Shown here one piece after another: positions 1-9,713 of a stretch of DNA of 64,000 nt (the stretch's first letter is position 1; each line of letters begins with the position of its first letter). A program made the position numbers and the translations under genes. The DNA is from Dehalococcoidia bacterium (GTDB lineage: Bacteria; Chloroflexota; Dehalococcoidia; Plut-88900). The notes beneath the pieces are model-generated. The model searched no databases and was not told the DNA's origin. It saw only the letters and a list, made by a program, of their open reading frames with translations. The stretch lies in contig OZ240219.1 of NCBI GenBank assembly GCA_965197645.1, forward strand, positions 576,001 through 640,000, in the 5' to 3' direction.

Positions 1-940
1 GGGCTTTCGGCGGTACGGCCACTATCGGGGAGAGGGAATGCGTCAGAACCCCCAGTCGTTGGCCGAGGGTTGGGACGCACTGTCACTGGTCAGAGCCTGG
101 GACGCGGCCGACCTTTTCATAGCCAGTCCCAACGAGCGGTTGGAGGTCGAAGGAGACGCCGGCGAAGCTACCGTCCGGTTAGCCCGGGTCCCCGGCAGCG
201 ATTATTACGCCTCGCGAGAAGGAGGCGATATCCTGGCTACCTACTGGCGCGAGACGCTGGCGGGCATCGCCGCCGGCTACGACGACCAGGTCACCGTGAC
301 CCACTCGGACATCGCTGCGGATGGTTCGGGGCCCATGTCCGTCACCTGGAGCTATTCGGGGGACACCCGGAGCTCATCGAACGATGCGCCCAGGGACCCT
401 TTCGCCGACGGAGCGGCCTCCATCCGCCTCTCGAGACGGACCTTCGGGGTCTTCGCTGCGCTGGGCATGTACGTCTACTGGGCCCTCACCAACCGGTTCG
501 ACGCAACCGGCGAGGAGCTGGTCCGTAAGTCCCTCTACAACTTCGGGGTGGAGCGCGCCCAGGGCATGCGAGAGCATGCTCGGGAGGAAGGGATGCCCAT
601 AGACTTTCAGAGCTGGTCCGGCGTCATGCAACAGAGAGACCCCAACGAAAACACCTTCGTGTTCAGGGGAGATAATCTGATCACTCCGGGTGCTTACCAG
701 GTCACCTGTACCTACTGCCCTTGTGCCGAGGTCTGGGCCGAGGAAGGCCAGAAGGGTCTCGCCTTCGGATACATCTACGATATGGAGGTGCACCGCGGTC
801 TCGTCGAGGGGTTCCATCCCGGCGGCGTGGTGACCTGGGACAAGGTGAAGACCCGGGGCGACAAGGTATGCAATTTCCGGTTTTCGATACCGGAGCTGGT
901 CACCGAGGAGGACCCGGCCTGGGCCCAGCCATCGGCCTGA
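1..940 (+). CDS. ATC-hydrolase-like (L-2-amino-thiazoline-4-carboxylate hydrolase family) protein, probably tandem-domain and 5'-truncated by the window
   Basis: C-terminal CTYCPCAEVW...YDMEVH...KTRGDKVCNFRF pattern; frame open upstream of the ATG at 38 (GFRRYGHYRGEGMR parallels internal YNFGVERAQGMR). Confidence 0.6.
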   Translation, partial: GFRRYGHYRGEGMRQNPQSLAEGWDALSLVRAWDAADLFIASPNERLEVEGDAGEATVRLARVPGSDYYASREGGDILATYWRETLAGIAAGYDDQVTVTHSDIAADGSGPMSVTWSYSGDTRSSSNDAPRDPFADGAASIRLSRRTFGVFAALGMYVYWALTNRFDATGEELVRKSLYNFGVERAQGMREHAREEGMPIDFQSWSGVMQQRDPNENTFVFRGDNLITPGAYQVTCTYCPCAEVWAEEGQKGLAFGYIYDMEVHRGLVEGFHPGGVVTWDKVKTRGDKVCNFRFSIPELVTEEDPAWAQPSA

Positions 941-1072
941 AGGCCCCACCCCCGTCCTGCAAGCAGGTGTTCGCTATCCCGGAGTCCCCGTCAGGTCAAG
1001 CATGTTCGGGGACATGGGCTACACCTATAGGAATGAAACGGACCTGGAAGGGAGCCGGTGGGATAGTCGAAT

Positions 1073-1520
1073 CGGACTAGATTGCTTCGCTCCCCTCACC
1101 CCCCTCAGGACGAACCCTCCTCGCTCGCAACGACTCCTCGTCATTGCGAGACCCGACAAAGTCGGGGCGTGGCAATCTAGTCACCTCTGCCCGTTGACTG
1201 GCAAGGGCCGTATACCCCACCGGACTAGATTGCTTCGCTCCCCTCACCCCCCTCAGGACGAACCCTCCTCGCTCGCAACGACCCCTCGTCATTGCGAGAC
1301 CCGACGAAGTCGGGGCGTGGCAATCTAGTAACCTCTGCCCGTTGACTGGCAAGGGCCGTATACCCCACCGCCCCAGATTGCTTCGCTCCCCTCACCCCCT
1401 CAGGACGAACCCCCCTCGCTCGCAACGACCCCTCGTCATTGCGAGACCCGACAAAGTCGGGGCGTGGCAATCTAGCCACCTCTGGCCGTTGACTGGCAAG
1501 GGCCGTATACCCCACCGCCC
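1073..1520. repeat. Tandem array of 3 x ~148-bp palindromic units (family A REP-like)
   Basis: AGATTGC starts at 1079, 1227 and 1375; each unit has (CT)AGATTGC...GCAATCTAG outer arms and CTCGCAACGAC/GTCATTGCGAG inner arms. Confidence 0.95.
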
Positions 1521-1581
1521 CGGATCGCATGCGACGGCTCCCCACCCCCCTCTACGGCCATTAGCAGGAACGATCGAACAT

Positions 1582-1694
1582 GGGGTGTGCAGAGGGGCTA
1601 AGCCCCTTGCCGGGAGTCTGAGGGTGTCCCTCAGAAATTATCTCTTTTTGTTCCCCCTTCCTGTCAGGAAGGGGGCCAAGGGGGATGGTCGGAA
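1582..1694 (+). repeat. Family B palindromic repeat
   Basis: GTGCAGAGGGGC..GCCCCTTGCCGGGAGTCTGAGGGTGTCCCTCAGA...CCCCCTTCCTG..CAGGAAGGGGG; recurs at 7582, 40349, 45910, 52877, 57961. Confidence 0.9.
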
Positions 1695-1711
1695 GGACTG
1701 GCAAGCGCCTT

Positions 1712-2569
1712 CTAGACGATAGCCAGCGGGTTCCAAGGCGTTCCCGAGGCGTGAGTCAGGGGCAGCGGCGCGCCAACGAACAGGAACTCGTATACCTGGT
1801 CGCGGGCCAGCTCCTCCAGTGCGATGTTCTCCAACAGATAGATGCCCAGGTCTCTCAACGCATGGATGTGGAGGGAACTGGGATCGGGCCTGTCGGTGTA
1901 GTCCGCCTCGACTGAGGGCTGGTCGGCGCCCAGGGCGCAGATGTCCTTCTCCTTGAGCCACCCGAACAGAGATCCGTCGGGGCCGGGTACCGCCGACTCC
2001 CACAGGGTACGGTCGGCATGGAACACCCTCTCCCAACCGGTGCGGATCATCACGATATCGCCCTGGCGCACCTCGGTGCCCTGATGATCGGCGATGGCGT
2101 CCAGCTCCTCGCCGGTCACTATCTCACCTGGGCCCATGTGGTCGACCTTCCGGTAGCTGGGGACGTCCAGCATGATACCCCGGCCCACCATCGACCGGAC
2201 CTTGTCGATGCCTCCCACGACGACGCCGGACTGGAAGACCTGGTCCTCTGTGAATCCGTTGTAGAAGTGGTCGCCGGTCCAGGCGTGGCTGAGGCTGTCT
2301 ATGTGAGTACCCGAGTGGGTATCCATCGTCACCACGTCCTCCATGAAGTTGGCGCCGGGGCCCCTGGAGGCGTGGGTCACCCTCCAGGTCTTGTGGAAAG
2401 CCGGGAGCTGAGGACCATCCTTCTCCAGGGGTACGGCGAGGCTGTATACCACGCCCTTTTTTATCAGCCGGGCCGCATCCAACACCACCTGTGGAGTAAG
2501 CAGATTCAACGCTCCAAGCTGATCCTCGGAACCCCACCTTCCCCAGTTGTTCGTCACCTGCTGAGTCAT
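1712..2569 (-). CDS. Cyclase family protein (kynurenine formamidase-like metal hydrolase)
   Basis: NNWGRWG..DQLGALN N-terminus; HSGTHIDSLSH motif; IRTGW; LLEN. Confidence 0.9.
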   Translation of the reverse strand: MTQQVTNNWGRWGSEDQLGALNLLTPQVVLDAARLIKKGVVYSLAVPLEKDGPQLPAFHKTWRVTHASRGPGANFMEDVVTMDTHSGTHIDSLSHAWTGDHFYNGFTEDQVFQSGVVVGGIDKVRSMVGRGIMLDVPSYRKVDHMGPGEIVTGEELDAIADHQGTEVRQGDIVMIRTGWERVFHADRTLWESAVPGPDGSLFGWLKEKDICALGADQPSVEADYTDRPDPSSLHIHALRDLGIYLLENIALEELARDQVYEFLFVGAPLPLTHASGTPWNPLAIV

Positions 2570-2668
2570 TTTTACCCTCCTCCCTGTTAGCCGGTTTCGA
2601 ATCGTTGCTCCCCATTATACAATCTCCTTGTCGACTCGATTCGACCAGACCCATAGGAGGTGGCAACG

Positions 2669-4900
2669 ATGAAGATAGTAGGCTATGCGGACCGGCTCAG
2701 CGTCCAGCCCGGCGAAACGATACGGTTCATGGTCAGCTCCGAGACGCCCGAGTACCAGGCGGACATCGTGCGGTTGATCCATGGCGATAGGAACCCCAAG
2801 GGGCCCGGGTTCAAGGAGGAGCTTGTGTCGTCTCCCGTTAGTGGGAGGTACGCAGGTAAGCGGCAGACGCTGCCCAAAGGGTCCTACGTTACCGTGCCCG
2901 ACAGCCCCTCGCTGAAGCTGGAGGGCAGCTTTACGCTGCAGGCCTGGATATACTCCACCACGCCGGAAAAGGGGGTGCAGGGCATTCTCACCAAGGGCTC
3001 GGGTACGGGATCCGGCCTGGTCATAGATGAAAACGGCAGTCTTCAACTGTGGCTGGACAGCGGAGGGGGACAGGCGGAGATGGTCAGCAGCGGCAGACCT
3101 ATGCGGGCCTCCACCTGGCATTTCATCGCCGCCGCGTTCGACGAGGATACCCAGTCCGTCCTGCTGGTCCAGAGACCCGTGGTGGACTGGCCTGAGGGAG
3201 ACGTACCACAGACCGTCCGAACGGCTGCCCAGACCAGGGAGACCGTAACCAACGATGCGCCCGTTCTGATAGGAGCGTATGACGATGGGTCTGCGATTAC
3301 TGGGCACTTCAACGGAAAGATAGACAGCCCGCGGGTCTTTGGCGAAGCCCTCGATGAAAATGCGCTGAACGCCCTGGCACGAGGAGCATCGCTTCAGTCC
3401 TTGGACTCCATCCTCGCCGCCTGGGACTTCTCCATTGATCTATCGACCAGAAACGTGCGGGATACGTCTACTCACCACAACCACGGTCGTACCGTTAACA
3501 TGCCTGCTCGGGCCATGACGGGCTACAACTGGACGGGCGACGAGTCCGATTTCAAGCATGCGCCGGAGCAGTACGGGGCAATACATTTTCACGACGACGA
3601 CCTCGACGACGCTGGTTGGGAGGCCGATTTCGAGCTGACTATACCCGAGGGGCTGCGGAGTGGTGTGTACGCCGCCCGGCTGAGAGGGGAAGATGCCGAG
3701 GACCACATACCCTTCTTCGTCAGACCGAAGCGGGGGTCCGCCACGGCGGAGATAGCATTTCTGGTCCCCACCTTCAGCTATCTGGCCTATGCCAACATGC
3801 AGCTCGCCGCCAACATATCCGGCTCCCCCATTTATAACAATCTGCCCGACGATTTCGAGTATCCCAAGGCCGATGAGGACAGGTACATGGTCGAGCACAA
3901 CCTTTTGAGCCTGTACGAACGCCATTCGGACGATAGCGGTGTCTGCTACTCCTCCTATCTGCGTCCGATCCTGAACATGCGGCCCAGCTACTACTCTGCG
4001 GCGCTGGCGGACGGGCGGGGCTCGCCGGACCAGTTCAGCGCCGACCTCCACCTGATCGACTGGCTGGAGGGCAAGGGCCACAGGTATGACGTGATAACGG
4101 ATGAAGACCTGTACCGGGAGGGCGTCGACCTGCTGAGTCCGTACAGGGTCATACTATCGGGTTCCCATCCGGAGTACTGGTCCGGCGGAATGCTGGACTC
4201 GGTGGAGAGCTACCTGAGGACCGGCGGCCGGTTCATGTACCTGGGCGGCAACGGCTTCTACTGGGTCACGTCCCTGGACAACGAGGAGGGCCACACCATC
4301 GAGATCCGGCGCTGGGGCGGCACACAGACCTGGAAGGCAAATCCGGGCGAATCCCATCTCAGCACCTCCGGCGAGCTGGGGGGTACGTGGCGGGGCCGCG
4401 GGCGGGCCCCCCAGCGGTTGATGGGCGTGGGGTTCATATCCCAGGGCTTCGACGTGAACGCTCCCTACAACCGGAAGCCGGACAGCTTTGATCCCAAGGC
4501 GGCCTTCATCTTCGATGGCATCGAAGCGGGGGAGCGGATCGGTGACTTCCCATCGCTGGTGATGGACTACGGGGCCGCCGGCTTCGAGCTAGACCGAGTG
4601 GACTACTCCCTAGGCACCCCTGCACATACCTTGCTGCTGGCCACCGCCGACGAGTTTTCCGATGCCTATCAGCACGTCATCGAGGAGGTGTTGTCCTCCG
4701 ACTCGCATCAGGGAGGCACGGTCAACCCCAACGTGGTCTCGGACATGGTGTACATCACCTACCCCAACGGCGGCGGGGTCTTTTCAGTAGGGTCGATAAG
4801 CTGGTGCGGAAGCCTGTCCTACAGCAGCTACGAAAACAACGTGTCCAGGGTCACCGATAACGTGCTGCGAAGGTTCGCTTCGGACCAGCCGCTTCCATAA
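2669..4900 (+). CDS. N,N-dimethylformamidase large (beta) subunit family protein with LamG-like insert
   Basis: GYADRLSV, YGAIHFHDDD, YLAYAN, SLY and HPEYWS motifs; AGGAGG RBS at 2655-2660. Confidence 0.9.
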   Translation: MKIVGYADRLSVQPGETIRFMVSSETPEYQADIVRLIHGDRNPKGPGFKEELVSSPVSGRYAGKRQTLPKGSYVTVPDSPSLKLEGSFTLQAWIYSTTPEKGVQGILTKGSGTGSGLVIDENGSLQLWLDSGGGQAEMVSSGRPMRASTWHFIAAAFDEDTQSVLLVQRPVVDWPEGDVPQTVRTAAQTRETVTNDAPVLIGAYDDGSAITGHFNGKIDSPRVFGEALDENALNALARGASLQSLDSILAAWDFSIDLSTRNVRDTSTHHNHGRTVNMPARAMTGYNWTGDESDFKHAPEQYGAIHFHDDDLDDAGWEADFELTIPEGLRSGVYAARLRGEDAEDHIPFFVRPKRGSATAEIAFLVPTFSYLAYANMQLAANISGSPIYNNLPDDFEYPKADEDRYMVEHNLLSLYERHSDDSGVCYSSYLRPILNMRPSYYSAALADGRGSPDQFSADLHLIDWLEGKGHRYDVITDEDLYREGVDLLSPYRVILSGSHPEYWSGGMLDSVESYLRTGGRFMYLGGNGFYWVTSLDNEEGHTIEIRRWGGTQTWKANPGESHLSTSGELGGTWRGRGRAPQRLMGVGFISQGFDVNAPYNRKPDSFDPKAAFIFDGIEAGERIGDFPSLVMDYGAAGFELDRVDYSLGTPAHTLLLATADEFSDAYQHVIEEVLSSDSHQGGTVNPNVVSDMVYITYPNGGGVFSVGSISWCGSLSYSSYENNVSRVTDNVLRRFASDQPLP

Positions 4901-4930
4901 GAAAGCTCCGGAAACCGGACGGTACCAACG

Positions 4931-6205
4931 ATGAAACGAGTCCTGAAACGGGTCCTGACGGACCTGACCATACGCTTTCTCCTGGCGCGGGAGAGGATAG
5001 AATCCGGCGTGGCGTTCAACCTGCTCACGCGCGAAGCAAGATCGAACCCCTATCCCGTCTACCAGCAGCTGCGAGACAAATCGCCGGTACACCGCAGCCG
5101 CCTCGCCAACGCCTGGGTCCTCACGAAGCACAGCGACATCGACGCCGTCCTCCGAGACCATAAACGGTTCGGAAACGACGAACGAAAAGCCGTTGACCGC
5201 CTGCGACAAGAGCAGATCGACGACGAGATGCGCAGCATGCTGCGCCTCGATCCGCCGGACCACACCCGCCTGAGGTCTTTGGTCAACAAAGCGTTTACAC
5301 CCCGGGCAGTCCAGTCCCTGAAACCGCGAGTGGAGGAGCTTGTGGACGAGCTGTTGGATGATATCGATCCCGGCCAACCCTTCGACGTCATGGAAAAGCT
5401 GGCATACCCGCTGCCCATGATCGTCATCGCCGAGATGCTGGGAGTCCCCACCGAGGACAGGGAGCGGTTCAACGCCTGGTCCAACGACGTAGCGCTGGCG
5501 TTGGAGGGCCGAAGATCGGAGGAACAGAACCGTCGTATGCACCGGTCGAGGAGGGACCTGGCCGAGTACTTCACCTCGGTAATCGAGATCCGCAGGGATG
5601 ATCCCCGGAACGATACGGTCAGCGCCTTGATAACGGCCGAAGAGAGCGGCGATAAGCTCACCCATCAGGAGATGCTGTCCATGTTGGTGCTGCTTCTGGT
5701 GGCCGGCAACGAGACCACCAAGAACCTCATCGGCAACGGGCTGTTGGCCCTATTGTATAACCCCAAGCAGCTGGAACCGCTCAGAGACCAGCCGGAGCTG
5801 ATAGATGCTACCGTAGAGGAGCTGCTGAGGTTTGACAGCTCGGTACAGATAGATGGGCGCACCGTGTTGGAGGACGTCGAAATTGGAGGGAAGAAGATCA
5901 GTGCCGGCCAGCGGTTGATCCTGCTGATCGGAGCGGCCAACAGGGACCCGGAGGTGTTCGACGAGCCGGACCGGCTGGACGTCCAGCGATCGAACGGGAA
6001 TCACATCTCCTTTGGCAGGGGAATACACCATTGTCTAGGCGCCCAGCTGGCGCGTATCGAAACCCAGGTGGCGCTGGACAAGCTGCTGGCCCGTTTCACC
6101 GACCTCCGCTTAGTAGAAGAGCCCACTTTCCGAGACCAAGCGGTCCTGCGAGGAGTCGAAGCCTTGTGGGTCGAATCGACGTCCCGGCCGTCGGCTAAGT
6201 CCTAG
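4931..6205 (+). CDS. Cytochrome P450
   Basis: DPPDHTRLR, AGNETT, EELLR and FGRGIHHCLG heme motif. Confidence 0.97.
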   Translation: MKRVLKRVLTDLTIRFLLARERIESGVAFNLLTREARSNPYPVYQQLRDKSPVHRSRLANAWVLTKHSDIDAVLRDHKRFGNDERKAVDRLRQEQIDDEMRSMLRLDPPDHTRLRSLVNKAFTPRAVQSLKPRVEELVDELLDDIDPGQPFDVMEKLAYPLPMIVIAEMLGVPTEDRERFNAWSNDVALALEGRRSEEQNRRMHRSRRDLAEYFTSVIEIRRDDPRNDTVSALITAEESGDKLTHQEMLSMLVLLLVAGNETTKNLIGNGLLALLYNPKQLEPLRDQPELIDATVEELLRFDSSVQIDGRTVLEDVEIGGKKISAGQRLILLIGAANRDPEVFDEPDRLDVQRSNGNHISFGRGIHHCLGAQLARIETQVALDKLLARFTDLRLVEEPTFRDQAVLRGVEALWVESTSRPSAKS

Positions 6206-6320
6206 TATCCGGCCTGGCAATACGGCCTTGCCGCCCGGCGTCGTATAGAAGCCAAGTGGCACACGCCGGTGTTTTCGCCGTAACGCGGGGTATAATTGGG
6301 CCAATCTTTGAACAGGAGCG

Positions 6321-7463
6321 ATGAAGATGTCCACAACATACGTAGATGCCGACGGCCACATACTGGAACCCACAAACCTGTGGGTAGACGGCTTGGAGTC
6401 GAAATACCAGGACCGGGCCATCCGTCTCTTCAAGGAAGATTCGGGGCTGGAATCCTGGAGCTTTTCAGGAGAGAAGGTGCCCTTTTATGGCGATGGGCTA
6501 TCGTCTAACGTCGCCACCATCGGGAAAACCAAGGAATGGCGCCGGGAGCACGTCTTCGAAAAGCGAGACTTTACCTGGGAGGACGGCCTGGCTATGAACC
6601 GGGGGGCCTGGGACCCGGCGGCTCGTATCGAGGTCATGGACAAAGAGAGGATAGACAAGAGCATCCTGTACCCCACGCTGGCACTGGACCTTGCCGGCAC
6701 CGTCGACCCTGCACTCGGGGCCGCCTACTGCAGGGTCTACAACGATTGGATAATACAGTTCTGCGAGCACAACCCGGAACGCCTGTTTCCCGCGGTAACG
6801 CTGCCCTGGTGCGACGTGGATGAATGCATCACGGAGCTGGACCGGATAAAGCACATGTCGTCCAAGGCGGTGCAGGCGCCGGCGGGGGCGCCGAACGATA
6901 TTCCATTCGGGGATTCTAACTGGGACGACCTCTGGGCGGCGTTCCAGGACCGGGACATCCCGGTCAGTCTCCACGTAGGGTCTGCCGGCACCAGCACCAA
7001 CTCGATCCATTATCCTGAGCTGGAAACCCCATCCTGGTTTCTGTTTTCCAATTCCACCGATATCCAGCTCAGTTTTATGAGCTTCTTTCAGGGCTCGGTG
7101 TTCGACCGTTTTCCCAGGCTGAAGCTGGTCGTTCTAGAATCGGGGTGTGCGTGGATGCCCTGGTTGCTGCACAGAATGGATGAGAAATACGAGATACTGG
7201 GCTTCACCATCGATTTGAAGAACAAGCCGAGCGAATACTTTCCGGAGCACTGCTGGATATCGATGGACCCGGACGATGAGATGGGACTGTTTGCCATCCA
7301 GTACCTGGGCGCCGACAGCTTGATCTGGGCCTACGACTATCCCCACTCCGACTCGCCGGTGGACCCGGTGCCCAACCTGGATAAGACCCTGAACAGCCTC
7401 TCAGGAGAGGACCAGAACAAGGTCAAAGGGGACAACGCCATCGACCTTTACCACCTGAACTAA
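6321..7463 (+). CDS. Amidohydrolase family protein (amidohydro_2 type)
   Basis: DADGH, SLHVG, FDRFPRLKLVVLESG and DYPHSD motifs; TATAAT at 6291-6296. Confidence 0.9.
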   Translation: MKMSTTYVDADGHILEPTNLWVDGLESKYQDRAIRLFKEDSGLESWSFSGEKVPFYGDGLSSNVATIGKTKEWRREHVFEKRDFTWEDGLAMNRGAWDPAARIEVMDKERIDKSILYPTLALDLAGTVDPALGAAYCRVYNDWIIQFCEHNPERLFPAVTLPWCDVDECITELDRIKHMSSKAVQAPAGAPNDIPFGDSNWDDLWAAFQDRDIPVSLHVGSAGTSTNSIHYPELETPSWFLFSNSTDIQLSFMSFFQGSVFDRFPRLKLVVLESGCAWMPWLLHRMDEKYEILGFTIDLKNKPSEYFPEHCWISMDPDDEMGLFAIQYLGADSLIWAYDYPHSDSPVDPVPNLDKTLNSLSGEDQNKVKGDNAIDLYHLN

Positions 7464-7581
7464 GCGGGAGTAGATCCCCGCTCCGATTTCTCGGGGCAGC
7501 TCAAAACGCCATAGCGGGTTGTCTTTACGTACGTCCAATCATTAGGACGCCGGCGCAAGCTCTATCAAGCTGATGACATAT

Positions 7582-7702
7582 GGGGAGTGCAGAGGGGCGA
7601 AGACCTTTTGCCGGGAGTCTGAGAGCCTGCCCTGGACCCGCCGAAGGGGTGTCCCTCAGATATTATTTCTTCTACCTCCCAGGGCGGGTGGGAGGGAACA
7701 AC
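7582..7702 (+). repeat. Family B/C hybrid repeat with a 24-nt internal insertion
   Basis: B head, insertion at 7624-7647, C-type tail AGGGCGGGTGGGAGGGAACAAC. Confidence 0.85.
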
Positions 7703-7763
7703 TACGTTGGGGCGGGGCGGGTAGTCGCGCAGGTGCAAGGACTCCAAGGGGGCACCCGAGGGA

Positions 7764-8981
7764 TTACAGTTCGACCCCTAGCAGACCCGCAACCGTGTCT
7801 ATGTCCTTGTCTCCCCGACCGCTCAGGTTCACCAGTACGATCCGATCGTTGGACAGGCCCTTGGCCAGCTCGACGGCATGGTGAATTGCGTGGGCCGGCT
7901 CCAGGGCCGGGATTATCCCCTCGCTTTTGCTCAGCAGCTGAAACGCCTCTAGGGCCTGGCGGTCCGTCGCTGAAACGTAGACCGCGCGGCCCGACTCCTT
8001 AAGATAGCTATGCTCGGGCCCGACTCCCGGGTAGTCCAGTCCGGCTGAGATGCTGTGGGTCTCGGTTATCTGGCCGTCGTCGCTCTGCAACAGGTAGGAC
8101 TTGGAGCCGTGCAGCACTCCGACCCGTCCCTTGGAGAGGGTTGAAGAGTGCCTCTCGGTATCGATGCCCTCGCCCCCTGCTTCCACCCCCACAAGGGTCA
8201 CCGACTCGTCGGCCAGAAAGGGATGGAACAGCCCAATGGCGTTGCTGCCGCCGCCAACGCAGGCCACGGCGTAATCGGGCAGGCGGCCCTCGGCTTCCAG
8301 CATCTGCTGCCGGGCCTCCCGGCCGATGACCGACTGGAAGTCGCGCACCATCATGGGGTAGGGATGCGGCCCGACTACACTGCCCAGCAGGTAGTAGGTG
8401 GTGCGCACGTTGGTCACCCAGTCCCGGATCGCCTCGTTGATGGCGTCCTTCAGGGTCTGGCTGCCACTTTCGACCGAGACGACTTCGGCGCCCAATAGCT
8501 TCATGCGGAACACGTTGAGAGACTGCCGCTGGACGTCCTTCGCCCCCATGTACACGACGCACTCCAGGCTCAGCATGGCGCATATGGTGGCCGTGGCTAC
8601 ACCGTGCTGCCCCGCTCCCGTCTCGGCGATAATTCGCTTCTTGCCCATGCCGTGCGCCAGCAACCCCTGTCCCAGCACGTTATTGATCTTGTGAGCGCCG
8701 GTGTGAGCCAGATCTTCCCGCTTGAGATAGATCTTCGCTCCGCCGACCTGGTCGGTGAGATTGGATGCGAAGTAAAGTGGCGTGGGGCGACCAGCGAAGG
8801 TCCGAGCGAGGCGATCCATCTCGCTGACGAACATTGCGTTATTGCGAGACTCAATGTAGGCCTGCTCCAGCTCCTGCAGGGCCGGCATCAGGGTTTCTGG
8901 TATGAACCGGCCTCCGAACTCACCGAAGTGCCCCATCTCATCGGGGAGCGAGTAGTTGTTCATCTGCTTATCGGGGGTCAT
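7764..8981 (-). CDS. trpB: Tryptophan synthase beta chain (TrpB1 type)
   Basis: [40 protein letters not shown]. Confidence 0.98.
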   Translation of the reverse strand: MTPDKQMNNYSLPDEMGHFGEFGGRFIPETLMPALQELEQAYIESRNNAMFVSEMDRLARTFAGRPTPLYFASNLTDQVGGAKIYLKREDLAHTGAHKINNVLGQGLLAHGMGKKRIIAETGAGQHGVATATICAMLSLECVVYMGAKDVQRQSLNVFRMKLLGAEVVSVESGSQTLKDAINEAIRDWVTNVRTTYYLLGSVVGPHPYPMMVRDFQSVIGREARQQMLEAEGRLPDYAVACVGGGSNAIGLFHPFLADESVTLVGVEAGGEGIDTERHSSTLSKGRVGVLHGSKSYLLQSDDGQITETHSISAGLDYPGVGPEHSYLKESGRAVYVSATDRQALEAFQLLSKSEGIIPALEPAHAIHHAVELAKGLSNDRIVLVNLSGRGDKDIDTVAGLLGVEL

Positions 8982-9032
8982 CGCTTTACGTTTGTCGTTC
9001 TGAGGGCAGAAAGACGATCTTGCCGCACGGTG

Positions 9033-9713
9033 CTAACAGATAGCCAGCCCCTCGTCCACCGTTCTCACTGCCTTGGCGAAAGCGTTTATCTTACCTATGT
9101 CTTTCACACCCTCGGTCTCCACACCGCTGGAAACATCGACGCCCCAGGGTCTCACCTGCTCTATGGCCGGGGTTACGATGTCCGGGTTGAGACCGCCCGA
9201 TAGCAGAATCGAGTGTCTCCTTGCCATCTCGCCGGCGGTCTTCCAGTCGAACGGCCGGCCAGTGCCTCCGTAGTAGGGGCCGGTGGATAGCGTGTCCAGC
9301 ATGGACACGTGCCCGCGGGCTGATACGGCCTCCACCTCCTGCTCCAGCCAGTCGATAAGCTCGTCCGCCGGTTGGTCCGCATCGACGCGGATCACCTTGA
9401 AGATAGGGCGTTGGATGGCCTCACAGTCTTCGAGGGTTTCGTCGCCGTGAAGCTGCACCCTGTTGAGGCCACAGTAGCTCACGATTTCGTTGATCTCGGC
9501 GGCCGGTAGATTCACGAAAGCGCCTACGACCTCCGGCTTCTGTCCGATGTTGGGGCGGGCCGATTTTGCCTCTCGAATCAGCTCTCGGGCCATGTCCGGT
9601 GTCACCTGCCTCTTGCTGGGTGCGAAGATGACGCCTATGAAATCGGCGCCCGCGTCGGTGGCGGCGATGGCGTGCTCGGCCTGAGAGATGCCGCAGACCT
9701 TGAACCTAGTCAC
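9033..9713 (-). CDS. trpF: Phosphoribosylanthranilate isomerase
   Basis: FKVCGI, VQLHGDE, GGTG and GVDVSSGVE; GTG start overlapping the trpC stop. Confidence 0.95.
   Translation of the reverse strand: MTRFKVCGISQAEHAIAATDAGADFIGVIFAPSKRQVTPDMARELIREAKSARPNIGQKPEVVGAFVNLPAAEINEIVSYCGLNRVQLHGDETLEDCEAIQRPIFKVIRVDADQPADELIDWLEQEVEAVSARGHVSMLDTLSTGPYYGGTGRPFDWKTAGEMARRHSILLSGGLNPDIVTPAIEQVRPWGVDVSSGVETEGVKDIGKINAFAKAVRTVDEGLAIC

Noticed and set aside
1073-1520. CRISPR array
   Set aside because: Units are 148 bp with near-identical linkers, there are no unique spacers, and no cas genes are present
1002-1722. ORFs of 90-126 aa over the array, and similar ORFs over other repeat clusters
   Set aside because: They are translations of palindromic repeats with no RBS or protein-family signal
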